From Bacteroidia bacterium (GTDB lineage Bacteria; Bacteroidota; Bacteroidia; SpSt-205), in NCBI GenBank assembly GCA_025054525.1, contig JANWZJ010000007.1, positions 1 to 62,384 on the forward strand: a DNA stretch of 62,384 bases, given 5' to 3'. The translations under genes were made by a program, and so were the position numbers. Every line of letters begins with the position of its first letter. Position 1 is the stretch's first letter. Shown here piece after piece: positions 35,052 through 44,339 of this stretch. The notes beneath the pieces are model-generated. The model did no database searches. It was not told the origin of the DNA and was given only the letters and a program-made list of their open reading frames with translations.

Positions 35052-35794
35052 TTCTTCGGAAGATTATGCTTTTGTTGATTAACCCATGTTTCCAATGCGC
35101 CTACTCTCTCGGCGAGTTGTTGAAGGGAACGAGTGAGGACTGCCACTAAGGCTGCCATATCTACCCCTACGATCTCTTCAGATACGGAAGCAGTGGCTTC
35201 AGGCAAAACCCGGCGCACCTCTTGAGCTAAGAAGCCTACATGGGGCATAGCGCTTGTAGGCTCATCATTCCACCAGTACACTACGGGGCGGAGCTGATTT
35301 ATTTTCTCTAATCCATAAGGCAAAGGTACCCACCCCTGTTTCTGAGAAGAGTCAGAGATAGTGTTGAATCCATATGCCATTACTGCGTTGTCGTCGTTTA
35401 TGATTACAGGGAGGCGTGTAAAGTTTATGTTACGGGTGGGCTGTATTCTCAATCGGGGCCTGCAACAGTTGCCCGTGGGAGGATATTCCCATAACTCTAA
35501 GCTATTAGGTATGACGCCAAATCCTCCGTCAGGGTCTGCCATCCATAGCCGATAGCTGTAAGGCAAAGCCAGATTTACCCAGTGCATCGCAATAATTGCT
35601 TGCTGACCATCGCCTTCTACCATAGGGGATGCTATGCCTATTCCTGTAGTAAAAGGGTTAGCAACAGTTCGTTGCGTGGAAGACCTTACCGTGAGGTTCC
35701 AGATGGGGCTGTTTGTGCCTATGCCTACATTCTGAGACCATACAAGCAGAAGCCCACTACAAGCCCATATTCTTGAGAGCAAAAGACCTAACAT
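35048..35794 (-). CDS. Secreted tail-fibre-type protein with a C-terminal S74 chaperone domain, paralogue 3
   Basis: Same architecture as paralogue 1: NVGIGT, ADPDGGFGV..ELWEYP..CCRPRLR, ISDSSQKQGWVPL...VGFLAQEVRRVLPEA...VDMAALVAVL. An ATGA overlap joins it to paralogue 2. Confidence 0.8.
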   Translation of the reverse strand: MLGLLLSRIWACSGLLLVWSQNVGIGTNSPIWNLTVRSSTQRTVANPFTTGIGIASPMVEGDGQQAIIAMHWVNLALPYSYRLWMADPDGGFGVIPNSLELWEYPPTGNCCRPRLRIQPTRNINFTRLPVIINDDNAVMAYGFNTISDSSQKQGWVPLPYGLEKINQLRPVVYWWNDEPTSAMPHVGFLAQEVRRVLPEATASVSEEIVGVDMAALVAVLTRSLQQLAERVGALETWVNQQKHNLPKK

Positions 35795-35798
35795 AGTG

Positions 35799-35806
35799 CA
35801 AATGTA
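35799..35806 (-). promoter_or_regulatory. -7 promoter box (TAcaTTTG) 4 nt upstream of the first tail-fibre-type gene
   Basis: The reverse complement of caaatgta is an exact TAnnTTTG match. Only 4 nt separate it from the ATG at 35794. Confidence 0.5.
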
Positions 35807-35831
35807 GTAGATTTTCCTAACTTACAAACCA

Positions 35832-36536
35832 TCAGCCCGTAGCTTGAGCAAAGACTTTGCGCAGCAGCTCGGTAACCCGATAGCTCACATCGCGACGAAT
35901 TTTCACTTCATGGTGCCCTACCTTGAGGAAAAGTCCATAAAGGGCTTTATCGGTGGTATAGGCAGCCAAATCGGTGGGTACGGAGTCGTTGGGGAAAATT
36001 TGGAGATACCATCTTGTAAGGTCAGTCCAGGCTTGCTGGGCACCGACCGTTTCTAAGGCGTGCTGGATGCGGGGCTTATAGCGATGGTATAGGGAGTCAT
36101 AGGTTTTTTCTTTGAGGTGGCGAGTGGCAGCGATGCTATCGCCTTTCAGAATGCGCATTCCTTCGGTGATTGTAAGGTTCGTAATCGCATCCCGGAAAAT
36201 AGGCTTGGCTTCTGCTGCTGCCTCTTCGGCGGCGCGGTTCATGCGCAATACCACATCTTCCACCAGTGCTCTGCCCCCAGGCAGAACTTCTATGGTCTGC
36301 TTGATGCGTATAGCCTGGGGCGGGAATAAAATTCGGATAAGTGAGTCGCCATAGTAGCCATTCCGCTGATTGAGATAATGCACGGCGGTATCTACACCTA
36401 CTCGCAGGGCTTCTTTGAGGCCTGCAACGATTTCCTCTTCGGTAAGTCCTGGGTTAGATGAAGGCAGTTTGACTTTTTCGCAGGAAGCAAGAATGAATCC
36501 CAACAGAAGTAGAGTTGGGGTTATGATTGGTTTCAT
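35832..36536 (-). CDS. DUF4197-family lipoprotein
   Basis: Lipoprotein signal MKPIITPTLLLLGFILASC, then GLKEALRVGVDTAV...GYYGDSLIRILFP, typical of DUF4197. Start set at ATG 36536. The ORF-track extension would overlap the NifU-like gene. Confidence 0.75.
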   Translation of the reverse strand: MKPIITPTLLLLGFILASCEKVKLPSSNPGLTEEEIVAGLKEALRVGVDTAVHYLNQRNGYYGDSLIRILFPPQAIRIKQTIEVLPGGRALVEDVVLRMNRAAEEAAAEAKPIFRDAITNLTITEGMRILKGDSIAATRHLKEKTYDSLYHRYKPRIQHALETVGAQQAWTDLTRWYLQIFPNDSVPTDLAAYTTDKALYGLFLKVGHHEVKIRRDVSYRVTELLRKVFAQATG

Positions 36537-36538
36537 AG

Positions 36539-36778
36539 TTATTCGTGGATAATTTCTACGGTCTCTATAGTGGGGAAAAACCGTCGCAGCGGCTCTAAGA
36601 TACCTAATCGGATGGTAGTGGGGTGGAGGTCGCAAGTACGACAGCTTCCCAGGAGGCGGATGTAGAGCACCTTTCCATCAGGACTTAGCCGCACAGGCTC
36701 AATGTCTCCTCCATCTCGCAGTAGGTGCGGGCGCAGCGGTGCTAAATACTGAGCAATATCTTCTATAGTGGGGGTCAT
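36539..36778 (-). CDS. NifU C-terminal-domain (Nfu-type) Fe-S cluster carrier protein
   Basis: LRDGGDIEPV...LGSCRTCDLHPTTIRLGI shows the Nfu CxxC motif context. Length is 79 aa. Confidence 0.85.
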   Translation of the reverse strand: MTPTIEDIAQYLAPLRPHLLRDGGDIEPVRLSPDGKVLYIRLLGSCRTCDLHPTTIRLGILEPLRRFFPTIETVEIIHE

Positions 36779-37845
36779 GCGGCGGTGCTAAGCGTCTTAG
36801 CGATGGCGCGTACGACTTCGCCTGCAAGCTGCCGAAAAGCAATACCCACGGGATTTTCTTCTAACATAGCCACGGGTATGCCCTTGTCGCTATAGTGTAC
36901 TACCTCTTCGGTGAGCGGAATCTGGGCCAGAAGAGGCACTCCATATTTCTGTGCCAGCATAGATCCCCCTCCTTCCCCAAATATAAGAAACTTTCGCTCA
37001 GGTAGCTCAGGGGTCCAGAAGTAAGCCATATTCTCCACGATGCCCAAGATAGGCACTTGGACTAAGGGCATGCGGAGCATGGTCAGGGCTTTTTCTACAT
37101 CAGCTTGGGCTACGCGCTGCGGTGTGGTAACGAGAATAGCCCCCGTAGGACGAAACTGCTGGGCCAGCGTAAGCTGAATATCCCCCGTGCCCGGTGGCAT
37201 ATCCACAATGAGATAATCTAACTCCCCCCATGCAGTTTCCAGCAGCAGTTGGCGCAGGGTGTTAGAGGCCATCGGTCCTCGCCAAGGTGTGGCTTGCCCT
37301 GGCGGCACCAAGAACCCAATAGACATCACCTCAATCCCATACTTGCGTAGAGGCACGAGATAGGGTTTGCCTTCTTTCTCTTCTACCGAAGGGCGAGCCG
37401 CCTCTAAACCTAAGAGAATAGGTACGCTAGGTCCGTAAATATCAGCATCCACCAATCCCGTTCGCGCACCCTGATGAGCTAATGCCACTGCGAGATTGAC
37501 TGAGATGGTAGATTTGCCTACACCCCCTTTGCCTGAACCTACCAAGACAAGATTGCGCACATTAGGAAGGGCATCAGTACTAACGCCTACGGTTTGGGCG
37601 GAGAAAGCTACTTCTATCTGCCATCCATCGCCCAATACAGGAATGAGAACCCGATGAACTTCTTCTCGGAAGTAGTCTTTAAGCGGGCAAGCAGGAGTAG
37701 TAAGCTGAAGAGTAAGAGAGAGCTTGCGGTCTTGGATATTCCATGCAAGTCCTTTGACCATGCCCGCTGATACGATATCGCGGCGCAGATCAGGGTCTAT
37801 GACTTGCCTTAATGCCTCGTATAAAGAAGACTCGCTGAGAGACAT
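36775..37845 (-). CDS. apbC: Mrp/NBP35-family Fe-S cluster carrier ATPase
   Basis: N-terminal DUF59-like VIDPDLRRDIVSAGMV, deviant Walker A GSGKGGVGKST, and the DMPPGTGD motif. Length is 356 aa. Confidence 0.92.
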   Translation of the reverse strand: MSLSESSLYEALRQVIDPDLRRDIVSAGMVKGLAWNIQDRKLSLTLQLTTPACPLKDYFREEVHRVLIPVLGDGWQIEVAFSAQTVGVSTDALPNVRNLVLVGSGKGGVGKSTISVNLAVALAHQGARTGLVDADIYGPSVPILLGLEAARPSVEEKEGKPYLVPLRKYGIEVMSIGFLVPPGQATPWRGPMASNTLRQLLLETAWGELDYLIVDMPPGTGDIQLTLAQQFRPTGAILVTTPQRVAQADVEKALTMLRMPLVQVPILGIVENMAYFWTPELPERKFLIFGEGGGSMLAQKYGVPLLAQIPLTEEVVHYSDKGIPVAMLEENPVGIAFRQLAGEVVRAIAKTLSTAA

Positions 37846-37851
37846 TCGGGG

Positions 37852-38724
37852 TTATTTAGACTTTTTCTTCTCGGGAGCGGAGCCTTTCTTATCCTCTTTC
37901 TTTTCGGGCTGAGGGGTGGGTTCTTGGGCTGCTTTCTTTTTCTTCTCTTTTTTCTTAGGCTCAGAATCAGGGGCTTCGGCCTTTTCCTTAGGAGGCTTCT
38001 CAGCGGTGGGAACCGCAGGGGCCGCTTCTGGTTCGCCTGATTTATGATAACCTATCCCTAAAGAGATACGGAGGTATCCTCCGCGCAGTAGGGGCGGCTG
38101 CACCCCTTGGGGGTCTGGGGCGGGGGAAGCCTTCCATTTGCCGCCAGAAGGAGCGATAACCCCACCCAAGTCCGCTCCTACTACAAGGCAGACTCCATTA
38201 CCGCCTAAGTAACGACGCACACCCACTCCCACATCAACTAAACCTAACTGCGTAGAAAACTTATGCTTATCTAAGGGGCGTACCTCGTGATTTTGTCCGA
38301 AGTAAATCGGCATGTTGAAGTAGTTTGTATAGCGCAGTTCATAAGTACCCGTCTGATACCCTACATAAGGGTAAAAGAGCCAGAGGTTTTTATTGATAGC
38401 GGCATAGCCGATTTGCCCGCCATAATGAAGTGCATAAGGGCGAGCCTGTCCTCGTTCTGTTTCCGATGCGTCAAAATGTTGGAGTTGTACCCCCCCCGAC
38501 AATACTATCTTGCGCGCAATCAAAAAGTCCAGATTAGCTCCTGCCGTAGTAGCCCAGGGCACAAACTTGAAGTCTTTGCCGAGGGCATTAGCGGCTTTGA
38601 GGTCTTCTTTGAGCTTGCCGAAGCTACCGATACCTACGCCGCTATGTGGGCGCAGGTAGAGGCCCCAGCGTATCTTATCTTGGGCCCATAGCCCTGCCAG
38701 TAGCAGTAGCAGGAAAAATCGCAT
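37852..38724 (-). CDS. Probable outer-membrane beta-barrel protein with a long Lys/Glu/Pro-rich C-terminal tail
   Basis: Signal peptide MRFFLLLLLAGLWAQ and alternating-hydrophobicity strands rich in G/Y. The last ~60 aa are low complexity (PKEKAEAPDSEPKKKEKKKKAAQEPTPQPEKKEDKKGSAPEKKKSK). Confidence 0.55.
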   Translation of the reverse strand: MRFFLLLLLAGLWAQDKIRWGLYLRPHSGVGIGSFGKLKEDLKAANALGKDFKFVPWATTAGANLDFLIARKIVLSGGVQLQHFDASETERGQARPYALHYGGQIGYAAINKNLWLFYPYVGYQTGTYELRYTNYFNMPIYFGQNHEVRPLDKHKFSTQLGLVDVGVGVRRYLGGNGVCLVVGADLGGVIAPSGGKWKASPAPDPQGVQPPLLRGGYLRISLGIGYHKSGEPEAAPAVPTAEKPPKEKAEAPDSEPKKKEKKKKAAQEPTPQPEKKEDKKGSAPEKKKSK

Positions 38725-38728
38725 GAAG

Positions 38729-38736
38729 CAAAAGTA
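38729..38736 (-). promoter_or_regulatory. -7 promoter box (TActTTTG) 4 nt upstream of the 38724 start
   Basis: The reverse complement of caaaagta is an exact TAnnTTTG match. It directly abuts the msrA stop codon (38737..38739). Confidence 0.45.
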
Positions 38737-39336
38737 CTACCTTTTTTCCTGCCGAAGCAGAGACGAAAACCGCTGCCGAGCTTTCTCCAGTTTAGGGGAA
38801 ATCACGAAGCGGCAATACGGTTGCTCCGGATGCAGAGCGTAGTAGTTATGATGGTAGGCTTCCGCCCGATAGAAGTTCTTCAGCGGCTCTATCGCCGTTA
38901 CGATTGGCGCGGGGAAAATGCCTGCCTGATCTAAGCGCTGCTTGACCTTTTCAGCTATCTCCTTTTGGGCTGGGGAATGGTAAAAAATGACGGAGCGGTA
39001 CTGAGGGCCTACATCGTTGCCTTGGCGATTGGGGGTAGTAGGGTCATGAGTCAGGAAGAAATACTCCACAAGCTGTTCGTATGAAATGATTTCTGGACGG
39101 AATCGTACGCGTATGACTTCGGCATGGCCGGTTGTCTTGGTACAGACTTGTTCGTAGGAGGGGTTAGGCACATGCCCGCCCGCATACCCTGGGAAAACTG
39201 CTTCCACGCCTTTCAGCATGAGGAAAAGGGCTTCGGTACACCAGAAACATCCGCCCCCGAATGTAGCTTCTTCTAAGGTCTGCGCTTGCATAACCGCTCC
39301 TATCAACAAATACCTTAGCCTAAAGAAGAGGCGCAT
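38737..39336 (-). CDS. msrA: Peptide-methionine (S)-S-oxide reductase
   Basis: Contains the [10 protein letters not shown] active-site motif. The start is uncertain: ATG 39336 gives a signal-like leader, and ATG 39291 gives a cytosolic [18 protein letters not shown] form. Confidence 0.9.
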   Translation of the reverse strand: MRLFFRLRYLLIGAVMQAQTLEEATFGGGCFWCTEALFLMLKGVEAVFPGYAGGHVPNPSYEQVCTKTTGHAEVIRVRFRPEIISYEQLVEYFFLTHDPTTPNRQGNDVGPQYRSVIFYHSPAQKEIAEKVKQRLDQAGIFPAPIVTAIEPLKNFYRAEAYHHNYYALHPEQPYCRFVISPKLEKARQRFSSLLRQEKR

Positions 39337-39829
39337 GGAAAGTAGTGGGATTTTCTCGGAGGGGGCGCAAAGCCTCCTCATGGAGACGCTCCTGATAGGC
39401 TAAGAGTTTGACCCGTAGGGCTTCTTCTTGTAGAGCTAAAATCCGTATGGCCAACAGGGCTGCATTTACAGCGTTATCTACGGCTACGGTAGCCACGGGA
39501 ATTCCTTTAGGCATTTGGACGATGGAGAGCAAAGAATCTATGCCAGCGATAGACTGAGAAGAGCGGATAGGCACGCCTATCACTGGTAGCGGAGTGAGCG
39601 AGGCTACCATTCCAGGCAAATGCGCTGCTCCGCCAGCCGCCGCTATGATTACTTTGAGTCCTCGGGCGGCAGCCTGGCGGGCATAACTCCATAACCGATC
39701 CGGCGTACGATGCGCAGAAACTATCGTGAACTCATAAGGCACACCAAACTCATCCAATACATTTCTGGCGGCTTCCATCACCTGAGAATCACTGGCGCTG
39801 CCCATGATTATGCCTACTTGCGGTTGCAT
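39320..39829 (-). CDS. purE: N5-carboxyaminoimidazole ribonucleotide mutase
   Basis: [21 protein letters not shown] and [13 protein letters not shown] are PurE hallmarks. Start set at ATG 39829. Confidence 0.92.
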   Translation of the reverse strand: MQPQVGIIMGSASDSQVMEAARNVLDEFGVPYEFTIVSAHRTPDRLWSYARQAAARGLKVIIAAAGGAAHLPGMVASLTPLPVIGVPIRSSQSIAGIDSLLSIVQMPKGIPVATVAVDNAVNAALLAIRILALQEEALRVKLLAYQERLHEEALRPLRENPTTFHAPLL

Positions 39830-40173
39830 GCACCCAAAGTATGACAAATCTTCTGGCGCCGAGCCGCTATGAAATCATATACTTTATCCCGCCAGCTCAG
39901 CGGTACTTGTCCGATGAGCCAGGCTGTGAGTCGCCAGCCCCCCGCCCGCAGAATCTGCCGAACCGCTTCTGACTTAAGCCAGTATTGTCCGCTCTCCTCA
40001 TATATTAGGGATTGGACGGCGAGGGGAGCTGAAGTATGCGTCTCTCCATAGGTGGCTCCTATCCAAAGTAAAGAAGGTGCTATGTATTTGTGCCCTATCT
40101 TGGCCAGCCAGCAGCACAACCGGCACTCTTTATCATAATACACGCATCCTACTACTCTCTCAGTCTTCGTCAT
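39814..40173 (-). CDS. DCC-family thiol-disulfide oxidoreductase (DUF393)
   Basis: [14 protein letters not shown] matches the D-C-x-x-C motif context of the DCC family. Start set at ATG 40173 ([14 protein letters not shown]). Confidence 0.72.
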   Translation of the reverse strand: MTKTERVVGCVYYDKECRLCCWLAKIGHKYIAPSLLWIGATYGETHTSAPLAVQSLIYEESGQYWLKSEAVRQILRAGGWRLTAWLIGQVPLSWRDKVYDFIAARRQKICHTLGACNRK

Positions 40174-42338
40174 CCTCTTCCTCTTCTTCTTTAGAGGGAG
40201 CAGTAGCTTCTTTGCCACTAAAAACCTCTATTTCTTCGCTGGCATCAAAGATGAGCTCTGATTCCAGCCACTGAAACTCAGGGTCTATAGGTATCACTCC
40301 CTCTCCCTCCATAGGTAGGGGGAGTTCCCATTCGTCTCCGAAGGTATGATCCAGTCGTAGAAGCATGAGCTTCTCGGGAGGGATTTCCAGAATAAACTCT
40401 ACCCGTCGGTTTCGTGCCTTATTTTCGGGGGTGGTATTAGGGAGGAGGGGGGGCGGGGCCGTAGCCTTTCGCAGTAATCCGATCCGGTGGTAATCCCGTA
40501 GCCTGAAGCAAATACCGGCGAATGTTTTCTGCACGCATTTCAGAGAGCTTGCGATTATAGGCTGGGTCTCCAGTAGCATCCGTATGTCCCTCCACATGTA
40601 GGGTTACAAAGGGATATTTGCTAAGGAAACTAGCAATAAAGTCCAGCCTTGCATAAGACTCCGGCGGAATTTCCGCGCTGTTGGTAGGGAACTCTAAGTT
40701 CTCCAGCACATAAGGGCGCTGAAGCTGTGCGGTATTCAGGAAGATAGAATAAGTATGGTCATCTATCAGAGCCACCGTGTCAGGTATGCGGATGAGATGC
40801 GTGTCTAAAATCATAAGCTGATATTGACGATTCTGTACAAGGTGGAACTCAAAGTAGCCGTGTCTGTTAGCAAATACTGGCGTAATCTCCGTGCCTTGTG
40901 TCAGGTCTATGGCGATGATAATGCCTACCAGCGGCTGTCCTGTGAGGGAGTCTATGAGATAACCGGAGAGTTTTGTGATAGCATCGGGGCGAGCCTCCAT
41001 CGGCAGCTCAAAGGAATACAAATCAAAATTCCGAGGTGATTTACGGCTAGCCCGGGCATAGTAAATCTTATTGCCCCGACCATCTATAGTGAAGTAGTAT
41101 TCGTCTCCATCGGTATTGACTAAGGGCCCTAAGTTGCGTGGTTCGCTCCAAAAGCTACCATTCCAGCGGCTTTTGTAGATGTCGTAGCCGCCATAGCCCA
41201 CTGGCTGCCCAGTAGAACTGAAATACAAGGTCTGATAGGCTTCGTAGAAGTAGGGGGTTACTTCATCGCCGGCGGTATTGATGATAGGGCCTAAGTTTTG
41301 CGGGGGGAGCCACTCCCCATTAGGACCTTTTCGGCTTACATAAATATCCGATTGCCCAAAGCCCGAAGGACGATTAGAGGCGAAGAAAAGTAAGCTATCG
41401 CCCAATAGGAAGGGGTGAGAGTCCCAGTACTTGGAGTTGATGTGAGGACCTAAGTTGCGAGGCTGTTGCCAGTGTCCATTTTCGTAGCGGGACTCGTAAA
41501 GGTCGCAAGAACCGTAGCCTTCGGGGGCATCGCATCGTGCGAAAATCAATAAAGTCCCCTCCGCATTCAAACAAGCAGAGCCTTCGTTATACGGACTATT
41601 GATGACATCATGGAACTTCTTGGCAGGGCGAAAGCCACTGCGTACCATATCGCGCTCTGCATAATATAAATCTTCATTTCGGATGTGATCGGGGTCTATA
41701 GCGGGGAGATAATCCTCCCGACGAGAAGTGAAAATAAGCACCCCTCCCGAAGGGTGCATGTAGGGAGCATAGTCAGGGTAGGGTGAGTTGATGTGAGGCC
41801 CCAAACTGAGTAATACACCCTTAGGGGGCTGGAGCGTATCTATCTTCTGGCGCAATCGGACGATTTTCTTATAGTATTCAAAAGGCACCCAATCGCTATG
41901 CCAGCGTTCTCGCAGACGCTTATAGGCGACTCGGACGGGAGAAGGTGGAGTGTGCATGTTGCGCAGGCATAAGCCGTACAGATACACCGCTAAAGCCGTG
42001 TCTTGGAAATATTCTCTGATTTGAGCCCAGCGCCAGATGAGTTGGAGGGAGGTGGTGTCTCGGAAGTTATGTACATTAAACTGGGAGATGTAATGGCGCA
42101 GCAGGCTATCTACCAGACGGAGGTTATCGGAGGCTTCTGCTTTTTCTAACTGGCGCAGGAGGCGCTCATTTCGGAAGGGCTTATCGCCTTGGAATAGATT
42201 GGGGAAGGAGAAGGGTTGAGCTACGCCCCATTCTTCATTCTGCTCTGAGCGCAAGTAGGTCCCCCCTATCACGCGCAGACGGGGTTGGGCACTGAGCCAT
42301 ATTATCCACAGCCCCGCTATGAGGATAAGGCGGGACAT
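40160..42338 (-). pseudogene. TolB-like (PD40 repeat) / OmpA-domain protein interrupted by a frameshift in a C7 tract; either a pseudogene, a phase-variable gene or a homopolymer sequencing error
   Basis: The 633-aa ORF stops inside the OmpA domain (…AKGYGPAPPPP*). Another frame (ORF 40160..40597) continues with LLPNTTPENKARNRRVEFIL, the conserved end of OmpA domains. The switch point is G7 at 40447..40453 on the plus strand. Confidence 0.65.
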
Positions 42339-42345
42339 GTTTAGG

Positions 42346-42353
42346 CAAAGATA
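42346..42353 (-). promoter_or_regulatory. -7 promoter box (TAtcTTTG) 7 nt upstream of the 42338 start
   Basis: The reverse complement of caaagata is an exact TAnnTTTG match, in the 27-nt gap between the kup stop and the ATG at 42338. Confidence 0.45.
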
Positions 42354-42365
42354 ACAAATCTCTCT

Positions 42366-44339
42366 TTATCTTTCTTCAGAGTGAGTAACTTGAATGCTCT
42401 GCAAAGTAAGTTCTGGGGGAGCATAAGGCGGCAGAAGCGGCACTGTTTCTTTCGTAAGCGAAGCTATATCTATACCGAAGGCTGTTTCAGGTGGCAGAGA
42501 AAATCGATCTAACCACTGGTAGAGCTGGAGTGTGATACGCTCATAGAAGTTGAGCTTGGCGTCCATATTCACTAATCGGCGCACGATGAGGAATCGGAAG
42601 TCGCCAGAGATGCCCCGTTCTCTTAGATTAGGATAGGGGCTTAGGAGGTCTAATTTCTTTTGCTGCGTGAGGTAGTTGACTACCTGCCGAAATAAAACGC
42701 CCAAGCGCGGCTGTAGTTTGAATCCCACGCGAAAAATGACCTTGTAAATCCGCCCTTCTTCGTGCGGATAGATGCGGGCAGAGACCTCGTATGGCTTTTC
42801 ACTGGCTGCCATATGCACAAACCAGTAGGTACGGGCTCGCTTGGGTTGGCGATATAAAATGACATGGAGCAGACGATGCTCTACTTTATTTCCGTCGGCT
42901 GAATTGCTAAGGCAGACCAGTTGCGTGGCGAAGTAAGGGATTTTCTCTTCGTTGGAGAGGGCTTTGAGCTGTTCTACGAAGCTATTGAGGTTTCGCACAT
43001 CGTCTTCGTTGTATCTTCTTTTGATGCGCTCGCCTTGGAGCCAGACGCTCATCGTGAGACTTATGCCACTGCCCAGCGCCAAAGCGATCCAGCCACCCTC
43101 GGGAATTTTGTGGGAGTTAGAGTAGAGGAAAGTGCATTCTAAAGGTAGGAAGAATAGGAGCAAGAAGGGTATCGTAATGCGCATGTAGCGCTGCCGAAAC
43201 CAGAAGAAGGCAGACAGGAGCAGGGTAGTTATGAGAAGAGAGACGTTGATAGATATGCCGTAGGCGGCTTCCATAGCGCTGGAGCGGCGCATCATCAGCA
43301 CTATTAGAAGGACGAAGGTGAGGAGGGTCCAGTTGATGAAAGGCACATACATTTGAGAACGGGTCGTAGCCGGGTAGAGCACACGCATCCGAGGCCAGAA
43401 ACCCAAGCGCGTCGCCTCACTGAAAATAGTGTAAGCGCCGGTGATGAGAGCTTGGCTGGCGATGATGGTAGCTAAGGTGGAGATTCCCACTCCGACGAAA
43501 AGCCAACCTTCAGGTAGCATGGCGAAGAAGGGTTTTTCGGCGTCGCTGAGGATAGTTCCAGTTCGGTAGTGCAGCATCCATGCACCCTGACCGAAGTAGG
43601 AACTGAGCAAGGCTACCTTGACCAGGAGCCATGCCCGCCGAATAGACCCCCTACCTACATGTCCCATATCGGCATATAAGGCTTCTACGCCTGTCACTGT
43701 AAGAAATACTGCGCCTAAGAGCCATATAGCTTCGGGTTGGCTGCGCAGCAGTTCTATCGCGTACCAAGGATTGATAGCTCGCAGGACAGATGGATATTCA
43801 CTGAGCCGCCATAATCCCATGCCGCCGATAAAGAAGAACCATAGAAGCATGATAGGCCCAAAAAATCCTCCCACCCACTCCGTTCCGAACTGCTGAATCA
43901 GAAATAGCCCAATAAGAATCATCACTACGATTGGTACTGTTTGGATGCCCGGCAGATGGAGTTCTAGCCCTTCAATCGCCGAGGAGACAGAAATCGCCGG
44001 CGTGAAAATAGAGTCCGCAAATGCCATGGACGCATCTAAGATGACCAGCGGTACGATCCACGGCGCGTATCGCCGTAGCAGAGAGTACATCGCAAAGATT
44101 CCTCCTTCCCCATGATTATCGGCACGCATAACCAGCAAGATATATTTGACCGAAACAATCAGGGTAAGGCTCCAAAAAATAAGCGACAGCCCTCCTAATA
44201 CGAGCGTTTCATCAATCGGTTTCTCTCTTACTAAGGCATGTAGGGCATACAGAGGAGAAGTACCTATGTCCCCAAATACAATTCCCAACGCCAGTAAAAT
44301 CCCCCGCCACCCTGTGGGTAGGGAAGATTTATCTTGCAT
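42366..44339 (-). CDS. kup: KUP/HAK/KT-family potassium transporter
   Basis: N-terminal signature GIVFGDIGTSPLYAL, about 12 TM segments and a cytoplasmic C-terminal domain. Length is 657 aa. Confidence 0.93.
   Translation of the reverse strand: MQDKSSLPTGWRGILLALGIVFGDIGTSPLYALHALVREKPIDETLVLGGLSLIFWSLTLIVSVKYILLVMRADNHGEGGIFAMYSLLRRYAPWIVPLVILDASMAFADSIFTPAISVSSAIEGLELHLPGIQTVPIVVMILIGLFLIQQFGTEWVGGFFGPIMLLWFFFIGGMGLWRLSEYPSVLRAINPWYAIELLRSQPEAIWLLGAVFLTVTGVEALYADMGHVGRGSIRRAWLLVKVALLSSYFGQGAWMLHYRTGTILSDAEKPFFAMLPEGWLFVGVGISTLATIIASQALITGAYTIFSEATRLGFWPRMRVLYPATTRSQMYVPFINWTLLTFVLLIVLMMRRSSAMEAAYGISINVSLLITTLLLSAFFWFRQRYMRITIPFLLLFFLPLECTFLYSNSHKIPEGGWIALALGSGISLTMSVWLQGERIKRRYNEDDVRNLNSFVEQLKALSNEEKIPYFATQLVCLSNSADGNKVEHRLLHVILYRQPKRARTYWFVHMAASEKPYEVSARIYPHEEGRIYKVIFRVGFKLQPRLGVLFRQVVNYLTQQKKLDLLSPYPNLRERGISGDFRFLIVRRLVNMDAKLNFYERITLQLYQWLDRFSLPPETAFGIDIASLTKETVPLLPPYAPPELTLQSIQVTHSEER

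Noticed and set aside
40160-40597. 145-aa ORF listed as a separate gene.
   Set aside because: Its first half overlaps the 3' end of the 633-aa ORF. Its recognisable part (NRRVEFIL) is the missing end of that ORF's OmpA domain. It is therefore the downstream half of one frameshifted gene, not an independent CDS.
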